From Botryllus schlosseri (Eukaryota): a DNA stretch of 64,000 nucleotides. Below are positions 1 through 12,800 of this stretch, in pieces. The stretch's first letter is position 1; each line of letters opens with the position of its first letter. Below the pieces are notes generated by a model that had not been told where the DNA came from, did not search any database, and saw only the letters and a program-made list of their open reading frames with translations. The DNA lies in contig CM119378.1 in NCBI GenBank assembly GCA_051294905.1, positions 1,302,001-1,366,000 of the forward strand, written 5' to 3'. A program made the position numbers and the translations under genes.

Positions 1-329
1 CAACTGTGCAGTGTGCAGTTATGCCCTGGTCGCGCCAAGCGCGAAAATTTTTCAAATGTAAAGAATGAATTCTATCAATAAATATGCTACTCACATATAT
101 TGGGCTCATTTGGCGAGGACAGGATTATTCGGCGTTTAGACATAGCAATATCGGCGGTTGCGGTGAACATGCCTCTATCATTTTGTTGCAATTTTCTGAT
201 TTCGAGAATTTCCTCGCATGCCACACAAAACCTTCTCGCGAGCCACGGGATGGCCCCCTGATCCGTGTCGTTATTAATATCGGTGATGGATGGTGCATAA
301 AAATTCTATTGAAAATATTGTGAAAGCAA

Positions 330-461
330 TTGTTTTCATGATAAAGAAGTTGGAGTTGACGGTCATTTTCACCAACTCCGACTCCGACTCCAGCCACTAT
401 TGTTTTCACGACTCCATCAAGCGAAAATTAACCAAACTCCGACTGCGACTCCACAGCCCTG
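330..461. mobile_element. Terminal part of a MITE with (gactcc)n subterminal repeats
   Basis: Repeated actccgactcc motifs end in ccacagccctg, resembling the cag...ctg TIRs of other elements in the window. The other end was not found. Confidence 0.5.
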
Positions 462-770
462 GTGGAAAGTCGTCGTCAAGAATAAAAGCATAGATACCGA
501 ACTTACCAAATGCATTGTCGCGGTGCACAAGGCCCGTGCAGCCGATAAGCGCCACTGTCGTTGTTGTGTATATATAATAGATTTATAATGTCTTCATATA
601 GCGTGTCTATGACCGTCGTTGAGTACTGCGGTGAAAAGTCGTTGAAATCGAATCTATTCGCAGGTAGCTGTGGTTGAATATGATTTGTTTGGCGATTTTA
701 ACTCAATGGTTTTGTTCGCCATTTTCACTATAATTGTTCGAATGCATTATATCAATGCGATCGTTGACAG

Positions 771-1801
771 AGTGCAATCTGTGACACCCTTGAAAAGGCG
801 GATACTTCGCAGAATTTTCGGGTCACGACTCATATATGAGAAGCACGGACCAGCATTTGGCATTTCCTCAACGACCGCTGACGACATCGTAGTCGCAGAT
901 ACCGGCAACCATCGGATTCAGGTTCGTGGGTTAACTCGTTAGGTTGAGGGTCACTCAGAGATTATGGTCGTCGTGCTTCAAGATCTTCGACGTGAACGGA
1001 CGAGTGAAGGGAGTCTTCGGGAGCGAAGGAACATCGGAAGGTCAATTCGATTTGGTGGCCGACGTGTGTGTGACGCCACGCGGATGTATTGTCGCCTCGG
1101 ACCCGCTCAATGAACGAATCCAAATATTCGACGAACGCGGGAGGTTCGTTCGGACATTCGGTAGCGAAGGATATGGTGAGATTGCGTGACGTACGTCACA
1201 ACCGTCGATGAAGGTGACATCGATTTGGTTCAGAGGGCGGAGAGCTACCCTACCCTTTCGGAGTAGCAACGGACGACAAGGGGCTGATTTACGTTGCTGA
1301 CGAGTACAATCACCGAGTTCATGTCTTCACCGAAAGCGGGCAGCTCGTTCGGAAGATCAATTCGGAGGAAAAGTGTTTGATGAACCCTCGGTATATTTCC
1401 GTGACTCCGAACGGCAGAGTACGTGAGTCGTCAGTGTCATATATATATTCTCGTGATATTTTACCTTTTCGCAGGTCGTTGTCGGAGACTACTGTAGAAA
1501 CAGACTTCAGGTTTTCGACGACTACGGCCGCCATTTGTTCGAGTTGGGAAAGAAAGGAAGGAACGCGTCTCAGTTCAAGGATCCGGAAGGTGTCGCCACA
1601 GATCTCGATGGCAACATTATCGTCTGTGACAGCGGCCACCACCGAGTTCAGGTTTTCACAAACGACGGAACCTTCGTGTCTTGCTTTGGGACCAAGGGTT
1701 CTAAGCCAGGGCAGATGAAGACACCGATAGGAGTTTGCGTTTTGTCAGACGGGGGAATAGCAGTCGGTGACAGTGACAACAGGAGACTCCAAATCTTTTG
1801 A
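771..1801 (+). CDS. NHL-repeat beta-propeller protein (TRIM2/3/71-like C-terminus), 3' part of a spliced gene
   Basis: Exons 771-921, 983-1175, 1234-1418 and 1475-1801 are joined by GT-AG introns of 61, 58 and 56 nt with consistent phases. They give six NHL repeats (VADTGNHRIQIF, ASDPLNERIQIF, VADEYNHRVHVF, VGDYCRNRLQVF, VCDSGHHRVQVF, VGDSDNRRLQIF*). The 5' exons were not identified. Confidence 0.88.
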
Positions 1802-1929
1802 GCGACGATATATTGTTCTTCGAAGTGGAGACGTTCGAAATACCGGTCATGTGATGTGTCAGACACAGCGATCGGAAAAGAAAGCTGTCGAACAGTTATA
1901 TAAGTTTATTTGCCATATATTGAGATCCT

Positions 1930-2395
1930 AAAAAGAGGACACTTTCAATAAATTCCGAAAGCTGCAGCACCGGACAGGAAAACTGGTGCTTCTGCAAAAA
2001 AGGTCATTACTTTGACCCGACTCCCGAATTACTCGTTTTTTTACGATAGTGTTTGATGTTGACTAAAAAAAGGTCATCCCGCTGACCGGACGCTCGATTT
2101 ACCCCATTTTTTTACGAAACTCTCACGTACGCTGCGTCGAGGTCGCATTTTAATCCTTTTCAGTGAAAAGAGGACAAATTCACAAAAAAGAGGACATTTA
2201 GGCGTCCTCCGAGGACACCTTCAATTTATTGAAAAAAAGAGGACAAATCCTCCTAAAAGAAGACGTATGGTAACCCGATGTGATACCAGTTTGAAATCTT
2301 AACCATTATTAGAACATTTGGACTGAAAAAATAATTGCCCTATCTACGAGTAATGCTTGGCAGCAGGGTATCCAGCTAGGGTTACCATATTTTTG
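1930..2395. mobile_element. DNA-transposon ends with agggttaccata-type TIRs
   Basis: Repeated aaaagaggaca motifs end in tatggtaaccc (about 2277). A fresh tagggttaccata end starts at about 2377. No TSD was resolved. Confidence 0.5.
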
Positions 2396-3804
2396 TGGAG
2401 CAAATTACAGGCACTCTTGAGCGCCCAAATGGGGTATGGAAACCGAGGAGATGTTAAGTCACAATATGCGAAAATGAATAGAAAAAAATTGTAAATATGT
2501 CTTTGTGTGAGAACTATAGAAATTAAACATGGAACGGCAACGACCGATTTTGCAGCTTCGTTCCGCTTCGTTGAGGCTGGAGTGGTGAATTGTCTTGCGT
2601 AAGCGACTGTAGGATTTCTGGCAATCCAAAAGCTATCTTCCCGAGCGCAGAAATTACTGAATCTGGTCTTGATCGAAAGCTACTGTTGCACCGATTCCGA
2701 AAATATAAATTAAAATATTGATCAGGCACTGATCCACGATTAGACGTAGTGGCACGTATGAAGTCAGCATGTACATATCGAAAACGTTAGGGAGAAACGG
2801 TGGCTTTTTCTACTGGCTATGACAACCTACAGTTAACAGCAACTAAAATAATTTCAAGCATATAATAACTGGAAGATAATGCTGAAGTAACCAAGTATTA
2901 CGGAAGCGTGATGTGCCGTGTGCTGTTGAAAGGGGTATGCAATGAACTCGCAATGAAGTGAAATTGATGTACAGATTAACTGTACTTCGGCAGGCCGTAT
3001 TACTGTAAGCTAAAATAGCCATAATTGCAAATTATTAGCAACTTCTGGCGAAGGTATACTGCACCACATCAACGAATCCTAATGGATTGAGGATTTATGG
3101 GAGCGTATTAATCTTTGAAGTCGGTTCAAAATGTCCGGCCTGGAAATCATTGTACATAATGAAAGAGTCACAGGAATTGATTGTATCATTGGATTGAATA
3201 TTCTGACATCGCAACTTCAGTTGTTTTTGTACAAGACATACGAAGTACATAATGCATATTGACAAATCTTTCTTCACTTCTCTGTAGTACCCCATCCACC
3301 AATGAATTGTTCGATGCTGGCCTATAATTATTATAATATTCCCCACAATAGTATCACTAAAGTCCCAATCACACAGTGCGGGAATCATTGTGATCATTGT
3401 ATTTCGCGACGCGAATGGAGCAGCGGACGAAAATAATCTACTTAGGAGTTATAGCTTATAATCTACCAGGGCCGTAACTACCGCACCCACACCCCCAATT
3501 GCGGAACTCGAAGGGGCCCAAGATTATGTTGTTGGTCGTTTGTTGGAGGATATTTATTCAACTTGAATTTTTTTTCGCGCTTCGCGCAATTTCATATCCC
3601 GGGAAATCGAGATTTAAATATCATCAGTTAGAGAAAAATGCGCATATTTGAGAGAAATAGGCATATCGGCGCTGTCCATGACCGCGCACCTGCATTAAAC
3701 GGGATTATGACTCTAAGATATCAGGTGGGCCACAGCACATTTTCAAACAGCAAAATGGGCCACGGCCAAGAAATGGCTGAGAACCCCTGGTTTAGAGCCT
3801 TATG

Positions 3805-4294
3805 GACGGACGACAAGGGGCTGATTTACGTTTGTGACATGGACAATAACAGAGTTCAACTTTTCTCGGCAAGCGGGCAGTTCGTTCGGGAGTTTGGTTC
3901 GGGTCGTTTGCATAAACCGTATTATCTTTCCGTGACTTCAAACGGCAGAGTAGGCGAGCGGTTTGTTCCGTATGAATACTTTGACCTTTGACAGAAATGA
4001 CAGTGTTCATGTTTTCGACTCGTACGGCGGCCGCCAGCTTTTCCAGTTTGGAGCGGCAGGATCACGCAAGTCTCAGTTCAGGCATCCGCTAGGTATCGCC
4101 ATAAAGAATCAAGGCAACATCATCGTTTGCGACAGCTGGAACGACCGGGTTAAGATTTTCACGAGCGACGGACAGTTCGTGTCTTACTTGGCTCTGATCC
4201 GGGACAGATGCATGATCCGACAGGAGTTTGCGTTTTGTCAGACGGACGGATCGCGGTCAGTGACAGTGGCAACAACAGAGTACAAATCTTTTGA
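3805..4294 (+). pseudogene. Truncated, frameshifted paralog of the NHL-repeat gene (repeats 3-6 only)
   Basis: TDDKGLIYVCDMDNNRVQLF, GNIIVCDSWNDRVKIF and GVCVLSDGRIAVSDSGNNRVQIF* align to 1270-1801. The 5' end abuts a transposon end at about 3790, the start of the last exon is missing after the intron at 3950, and a deletion near 4190 shifts the frame. Confidence 0.8.
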
Positions 4295-4831
4295 CCAATT
4301 AGAGTTTGGCAATCGAACGACAGATGTTCATTTTTTTTATTGTCATCGGCGTAAATTGTGTCGATTTTTACGAAAAATTACGGTAATCTAATTCTAATCT
4401 AATATATGAAAGTTTCTATGCTCTAATTTTAATTATAATCGAATTTCTGGTTTTCCTGAAATTGCTACAGAAGAACTGTATCGCACGAAACGAGTCAAGA
4501 CTGGTGCACAGTGCACACTTTACGGACATTTACCGTTCTCATGCTAATGAGAATTAGGTCTGATTCGATATTATCTGATCATGATTTAATTACCAAGCTT
4601 TAGCAAATTCAGTAAATGTGATTGTAATTCTACAAATCTAATTTGGAAAACCTGTGCAGCTATAATTCTAATTCTCATCTAATAAGGAAATAAACTGTAT
4701 AGCTATAATTCTAATTCTAGTCTAATTTAATTAGGAAAAACGGAAAATTATTACTATGTTGTAGTGGGCGCAGGTATAACATAAAAATGGTACAACCAAC
4801 TCCGCAGGTTAGTAAAGAGCCATGGTATAAT

Positions 4832-6107
4832 CTGAGGTGGTCAGTAACGAAGTACTTCTACTTTTGTGACGTACTCGAGTAGTTTTCCGCTATTTAGGTA
4901 CTTACTCAAGTATATTTAACTTCCCGCTACTCCCACTTGGCAATACTTTGTGATTTACTTACTTACTTTTACTTTTTCGCTATTTTCAGTTTGTCAAATA
5001 GAAGTAGTTTAATCCACTAATCAGAAAGATAGCCTGAGGAATTTAGGGAATGTTTTCACGGACTATCAATATTTATTTCTCATAAAAAATTCGTAAAGCC
5101 CAGAATTTTCGTCGCTCTTCGCACACATTTGGTATCCAGTGATTAATATAATTTCACGAAGGTATCGGTGATTATAAATCAGGTGGCGGGTTGCATGGTT
5201 CTGTTCACATCGCATTGTCGTCCATATGAAATATTTCACCACGGTAAATCTGGCCCATCATAACGTTTGAAACTGATGTCTCGCATTTATCTATCATATC
5301 GTAATCTAGCAGCCCATGACGTGTCCTAACCTAGAAAAGTGGACCCTTAATATTTTTAGCTTTACACCCGTTATAGCAGACCACTGTTGAAACTTTCTGG
5401 CATAAAGACATGAATTATATTTCCGCTTTTTAGCAGTAGTATTTATATTTCTATTTTAATTCCCAGTATCATACTTCGAGGTCATATTAGTTTCAGTTCT
5501 GCCGTCTGGAGAACATATACGTTGAAGTATTAGGCAAGTATAGAAATGCCTTCATTTTTCAAAAATAAAGCTACACTACCTGTCACTACATGACATTTTT
5601 ACGATCCTTCATATTTTTTTTATCAAGTTCACTAATCGCGCGAAGTTTTAACACCGTATCCGATACATTTCCGTATTGCTCTTCGACTAAACTACGGGCC
5701 TTAGAATGTGGGGAAGGGCGCCATGCCATGATATTTTCTAAAACGGGCCGCTCAAGTTAACAGAGGATTAGTATCGCATTTCCATATCAATACTGCCACC
5801 TTTATCCCGTGTTGCGGACGAATACTAATGCTGTCGAAAATTGATTCCTTCTTGGATGCATCAATATGAATCAAGCTCTGCACCTTTCGCGTAGCACAAG
5901 TCGCAGCTTTTGACAGTCCATGCGAACAAACTATACGGTCGTTTTCAAAACTACTTACTTACTTGAGTAGATTTAAAGTCAGTCAATTCTACTTCAAGTA
6001 GTTTTAGGTAGGTTGCTTTTAAAAGTACTATTTCTACTCGTACTTGAGTATATTTTTCGTCGTTACTTCTACTTGAGTACCTTTCTTGACTACTTTGACC
6101 ACCTCTG
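4832..6107. mobile_element. Non-autonomous hAT element
   Basis: TIRs are ctgaggtggtca and tgaccacctctg, with 8-bp TSD ggtataat at 4824-4831 and 6108-6115 and tactt/aagta-rich subtermini. Confidence 0.85.
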
Positions 6108-6665
6108 GGTATAATACACACAACACGCTTGGAGGTCGTTTATCTGTATATTTCGCGTGGCGCAGTATTTCGCGTAACAGTAGGCCTACTTGCCTTTACT
6201 TTTATTAGATATGGACAGAAATCGTTCGAAAAGACCTATACACTATAGTCTTGCTTGAGTTTCCTAATCCAAGGACGGAGGTTGACGAGTTCATAATTGC
6301 TATTTCTGCGCATGGCACACTTAATCGCGAGATTCATACATACGTGAATAGATTTGGGCGAAGGTATACTGACCATTGTTTTAGTTACCAGATCGTCCAA
6401 TAGAAAGCTGGTGTTGCGCAACATTTTCACATGGAAATTTCGGGTCGCGACCATAGAAGTTTCAAATTTCGATTTAGGATTGAACGGCTTCTACCGTTTG
6501 GAATGGAGCCAAATCTGGCGTGTTGAGTTAGTTAGGCAGTCTAACATCTAGGGCATTTTTTTAACAAGCTTAGTGTTCAGTGTCATTGGTCATGCTATCG
6601 TGAAAATATTTAACGACACTGTCTGAATGAAGTTGACACAGTTCTATCTAATCATCGTCGCCGAC

Positions 6666-6977
6666 ACCGACAAGATAGCGTAATGGTTAAGCGTCCGGCT
6701 TCTTGATCGGTAGGTCGTGGGTTCGATTCCCGGCCGGGCCAGACCAAAGACCTGATTAGTAACACTGGTATCCATGGCTTCCAGTCGCTCATGCATTACT
6801 GGGATAACAAGGAGGGGTGATTCATGGCTTAGAAAGCCGTAAAGGCTATATCTGTACTTCCTTATCCAGCGGCATATGCACATCATGCACCCATATGCGC
6901 AGTTGAGTGTATCATGAGTCGGTGTATATGCCGCAAAATCATCAAGGACAAAAATAAACTACGTCCTTTCCTTTCCT
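6666..6977 (+). mobile_element. tRNA-derived SINE
   Basis: A box tagcgtaatgg (6676) and B box ggttcgattcc (6720) are followed by an unrelated body of about 230 nt and a (tttcc)n tail. Confidence 0.8.
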
Positions 6978-7526
6978 ATGCCATGACCACAGATGATTTG
7001 ACGAGCATGACGCTAGGATGTGGTCGTATCGCTGTGATGGTCTGTTTCGAGCATTGAACGAATAAGTAAACTGTCAGTCTATACCTCAGGGGCGGCCAAC
7101 CTTTTCGGCCAAAGGGCCACACGAGATTTACGAACCATTGTAGGACGACACGTTCTCTCAGAGTTGCGAGTATAGTGAAACTCGATTCTATAAATTGGGC
7201 GTATATTTGGTTTTTCAGAAAGGGGTACCAATGCTAAAAGCAAGAACTCGAGTGAATATAAATCGCGCAAAGTGCTAAAGAAAAAATATCGAGTTATATA
7301 AATCTGCCACGAAATATCCCACTTTATCGTCATACATAGATCTACAAAAATTGTGGATAAGACAATGCGTCGGAACTGATAATTTAGTCATCAATATTCC
7401 AAATGTCGCGGTCAGGCTAATCAAATTTTAGGTTAACCTTGCAAGTTCACAATAAATTACCCCGGTAAATAATTTGCTTTTTATAATATAACTAATTTCG
7501 AGAATTAGCCTACTTTGCGAGCCATT

Positions 7527-8483
7527 CAGGACCGTAACTGCCGCGCCCCAAACCCCCCAATTGAGGGGGCGAGCTCGAAGGGGGCCCAAAATTATTTCGT
7601 GAATTAGCATAAATTATAGAGTATTTTTTGAATATTTATGCAACTTTCTCAAAAAATTTTCGCGTCGGGCGCGATTTCAAATTGCCGAATATCTTGATTA
7701 TTTGGTACTCCTCCCTCAAGAAAAAACTTGCAGGGTTTATAGATATGGACATATCGGCGTTGGCCATTACCGCGTCACGACGCACAAAGACATATAACGA
7801 TTTAGGACAAATTACATGCGACTCCAAGAAGTGTGCCAGAAAGATCAGCAGTGTGAAAACTTTGGCCGGAAAGGAATGCCCTTACGCTGACCGAAAACTT
7901 CGTTATATACACAATATACACATAGGTTTAATTTTCCATAGACGCCTAAATGACTGGCGTCGAATGTTCCAGTCTTGGTAATCCGAACCTCAGAAGACAA
8001 ATACCATCCCGCAGGGAAAAATTATATGCCAGTGAAGAAATACCAATTTGAAATCGTGTGCGTCTTTTAGTTTAGTACGTTTGGGCGACTCTATAATTTT
8101 TGATATAACAGACACGATGTCACGAAATAACATCATGTAACGAAGTCATATCAACGGGTCCGCCCACCCGATGATGTTTAATTATTATTTACGGGCCCTA
8201 CAGTTACCAATACACCTCACTCACTGTACCGGTAATTCTGGTAACGTGAGCAGAGATGACAAGAAATTGATAGCAATATATATGCAATTCCCAATCATAC
8301 TAACCGATTCAATCATGAATTATTGAAATTTTTCGCGCTTCGCGTGTCTAGGCGAGAATAGCTGACTCACCGAACGGACACCCAACATAGACGACAAGTA
8401 GTGTCAAAGAGCGCACAGTGAAAGGGGGGGGGGGGGTCCGGAGGCGAAGCCCCCCCCAGAAGTTCGGTTTGTCGCCCTATGGA
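7527..8483 (+). mobile_element. Truncated copy of the hAT family seen at 29394-30798
   Basis: It starts caggaccgtaactgccgc and is colinear with 29394-30745 over long stretches. A shorter related fragment starts at about 3467. Confidence 0.8.
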
Positions 8484-9041
8484 CCACCGACCTAATATAC
8501 CTATCAGTAGTTTTAAAAGATCGGTTCGCCTCAATTTTCCTGCTGCAGCCCGCTGAATATATTTTAGGGTTTAAATCTCGATTGCAAAATTCAAGGTGTT
8601 GAACACTTGTGTATTGCTTAAAGAAATGGAACATGAAACTTGAAACTGGCAAAGCACTTCACAAATTTCGCAATTTGCAGCATTGTGATGGAACATGAAG
8701 TTCATTGATAGTAAGCAGTGCTGGGCACAACGAATCGAGCACTCGAATCCGAATCCAGTATTAAATCTAATGATTCGAGTCTAGCGTGAAATGATTTTTT
8801 TCTACCACTGAAATTAAACGCTCCTTGCCACCAAAAGTTAATTTAGCAACGACAATTATAGTTTCTTTCGATGACATCTGACACTGAGGTAGCCTTGAAA
8901 CCCTGATTGAATGTATCGTAATGTACAACATGCAGTACGAAACTACTCGCGATAAATGGAAATGACAGCGGTATGAAGCATTGTCACGAAGTCCAACGAA
9001 ATACGCATTGTTGACATAACACCCAAATCATTTGTAATGAG

Positions 9042-9558
9042 TAGGGCTGGGCACAATGATTCGAGTACTCGAATCTGAATCGAGTATTAATTTTAATGAT
9101 TCGAGTCGAGTAGTAAAAGACGATTTTTTCGAGTACTGAAATTATTCGCTTCTCGCCACTGAAAGTTAATTTATCAATGAGAATAACAGTTTTGATACTA
9201 CTTTTCATTGTTAAAGCGTTGAAACCTTGATTAGCCATATTGTAGCATGCGAAACATCTCGTACAAAGCTATGAAGGCTGCTGGACGTAGCACATTTCCG
9301 AAATCATGATTATCCAACAACATTGTCATCAAGTGGAATGAATTCGGTATGGTCGAAAAAATACCTGAGTATCATTTATGAGAAGGATAACAGGCATTAT
9401 ATTCTTTGTGGTGGCGTAAAAGATACATATTTGCACTTTGACGTATCGTATTATGGTATGACGTCATAATGAGTGATACTCGATAACTCGACTCGACTCG
9501 AAGCATATTACGTGATTAAGAATCGAATCACTCAAGTACTCGATTTTGCCCAGCCCTA
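9042..9558. mobile_element. hAT MITE (tagggctgggc family) nested in an older copy of the same family (about 8716-9693)
   Basis: TIRs are tagggctgggca and tgcccagcccta, with TSD gtaatgag at 9034-9041 and 9559-9566 and tcgag-rich subtermini. Confidence 0.88.
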
Positions 9559-9862
9559 GTAATGAGCAGTCGGACTGCCATTATATTACTTTCCGCATCT
9601 TGGTACTGTCATAATGAGTCATAATACTAGATCTGAAACCTATCATTCGATTCAATATCGAATCACTCGGGCACTCCATTTTGCCCAGCCCTATAGTGGC
9701 AAGTTACTGAAGTTCGCGTCATTGCGAGAAACTGAAAGCAATGTCGTCATTTCAGCCAGTCCAGGCCAGATTCTAGTTATTTCCACATCTAATGTTCTCG
9801 ATAGCTTTTCAACCTCGTCAGCGTTGCCATCCCGACAGAGCGAGGTCCCGAAAGACAGCAGG

Positions 9863-12800
9863 TCACACGGAAATTCCCGCCGACCTTTCGCCGCGCAGGT
9901 CATCCGATGTCAGATATAACATGTGCTCTCTCGGTCTAACGTCGAATTGATCTCCGCTACAAACGATATCTATCTGGCGGCCCCGCAACGTTGACGACAG
10001 ACGGTCCGTTTGTTTTGCCGAGCCCCGGTTTACCGGCGGCAGAGACGTGTAGGCCCTTCGTATGTCGAAGTATTGCGTTGAGACTGGCGCGGTGACGCAG
10101 GGAAGCAACGATGGTTGGATTTGGTTGGTCCTTGCGGAGCGTTTGCTGTGACCCGACGCAATACACATATTGTTATAGAACATCAAGACTTTGAGATAGA
10201 GCACTTATAGCATGTTCGTATTGAACAAGAAAAACGTATATTTCCGGATCGGTTGACACCTGACACTCAGGGGCAATCGTCAACAATTAGTAGAGAGTTG
10301 AAAAGTACATTGTTTTATTATTATTTATCAATAAAACCATGTTATGGTGCATATAACAACGTGGTCTTTTGCACCACACAATAAATTCCATCAATAACAC
10401 AAGCTACATAACAATTTCAGTACACGATATTCTCATTGGGAAGTCAAATGACAGTAATTACATACGTATATAAAAGAACATTGTATATCAATAATCGTAT
10501 CACCAAATAGCTTGCGGTCAATGTATACCATTTTAGGTGACACACGGCCTCTGCCGAGAGAAGTTAGTGTGTCCACAATAGTACATTGTGACTTGTGAAC
10601 AATTGAGTGAACGGGCGGGGCGATCAACAAGTAGGCCTTACCTGCATTTTTCACGGCGTAATTTGAAAGCCGCCAGAGCGAGCAAAAGCAGAAAAACTAA
10701 GACGGCCGTTGTCGTTCCTGTTAAAGAGAATCACGACAGGTTCCAATCAGACGGATCATAAAACGTTCAGCTTCTCTAAATTATCTTATAATTATACCTA
10801 CCCAGATTTTAAAAAATAGTTTGGAGTTAGATTACTGAATTGGCAAATACTGGGATATTGAAAGAATGGCAAATGTCTGTACACCAAGCTCGATTCGTTT
10901 CACACTATACAGGTCTCCTTAAGCGTTTTCAGGAAATAACGAAAGTAGATTCGAGTGAAAATGAGAGCGTATGAATACGTCACAAATTAGATTATAATCA
11001 GATTACTGCTGGTATTTCTCTCTAATTATCCAACTATAGAATCATGCAGTTCTCCAAGTGTGGTGCCAACAAAGTGACGATCAATCCGAAATAGCGACGG
11101 AACTCTTTCTCTGTCGTTCGTAAATTTACAGAACTTCCAGAAATCATAAGAGGCAATTGTCAGAACATTACGACACGCATACCTGCAATCGCTTTAATTT
11201 CAGAGTCGTCCGTTACTGACAAATTCGATTTTGGAGTTCGGACTGTGTGTGGCGGAAAGTCGCCTCGGCGATTGACTCCTAAAAGAGGGCAAGAAACATG
11301 TTGAATTGTCGGGATATTTATTACGTCTGACTGTGAATTACAGGGAAGGCCAATCGATTCAAATCAATGACGATACCTTTGTCGTGAATTCCTACTCAAG
11401 TAAAAGTAGAAGTAGCGAATTCCTAGTATGTAAAAAGTTAGTATTCTAGGGATAGATTAGCCTTTAGCGTAAAGAACTAAAAGCTGACAAGAAGAAGTAT
11501 AAAGTTAGAACTAGTTCATGATATAGTGCGAGTAGGCAAAATTGACTTCAAGTACTTCGTTACTGACTACCTCTGTGGTTCGAGTCGTACTAGAACCATC
11601 GTTGATTCTCACTATCTCCAAGCACAAAGTAATTAACCAATGCGAGTTACACTCACGTGACGTTTCCTCGGATAATCGGTGCGACCACACCGCTACCATT
11701 GTGTTTTTGATGGAATATTCGCATTCGTAGAAGGCGGAATCGATCCCGGGCTCAAAGTTCATTATTTTTATTTGTCCGTACGTACTGAGTCTGTACTTAT
11801 GAGACGGTTCTGCAAAGGAAATTGACACATGCGTTATGCAGTGCCATTCGTAACGAGACTATACACACCTGATCAGGCTTTAAACACTACATAATTCTAG
11901 TCGTAGAGGGCGAAAAAACAGTAATATGATCTAATTCGTGAAACTCATTAAATTCCCAATCTAATTATTAATGGTTTTTCTGAAAATGCGACAGGAGAAT
12001 TGAATAGTTCGAAACGAACCAATCTTGCTGTATCAATTGTAATCAGATTTCCAAGGAAAGTGTATCTAAAATTCTAATTCTAATAAAATTCGTAAAAGCT
12101 AAAAAAAGTATTTGTCACCTACGTACCTGATATCACTTCCTTGGTGCCATCGTGCAGTTTCCACCATTTCGCGGTCACGGATGGGTTGCGTACTGTGTGA
12201 CCCAACGTGGCATCACTTCCTTTGAATGCTGTTAATGCGACGTATATTACAGGAACTACGTCGAATTATCGCACCGCGTCGATATACTGACCTCGTGTTG
12301 GGTTCGAGACTGTTTTACTGATACTATCACAGATAGTATCTGCGTTGCCATGATAAATATCTTGCTTGGTGGTATTTCGATGACCGTTTCGAATAGAAAC
12401 ACATTGCTGGAAGTAAGGTGGTATAGATTAGTCGCAACCGTGATTTCATGGACAATAATAATCAGTGATACATGTGCATTTCACGGTTTGGAAATAAGTG
12501 AAGCAAATGGATTCCGTTGCAAACACATTAATCGCGACAGTTAGAGATAATGTAGGATCATCTTCGGACCCGGAATGGCATTTCGTAAATAGGATCCTGG
12601 AATCAGACCGAATAGCGATATAGGTTGCGAAGTATGAAGTTGAGTGGATGCATAAGAAATGCATGTTTATATTATAACTTGAAATTTATAGTAGGAAATA
12701 GGCCTACTTGAACGTAAATAATCCCTCGGGACATGGAGCAAATATCGAACATGCTAGTGTTAAACAGTTTCACGAAGCCTACATAACTCATCAAGAGAAA

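Noticed and set aside
771..1801. Horizontal origin of the NHL gene, suggested by tiny GC-rich introns
   Set aside because: The semaphorin has introns of similar size (59-67 nt), one of them similarly GC-rich (28 of 59 nt), so these are not anomalous. Only a phylogeny could revive the idea.
6666..6745. tRNA gene
   Set aside because: A and B boxes are present, but the acceptor stem does not pair and the sequence runs into a SINE body. The same applies at 27034 and 36212.
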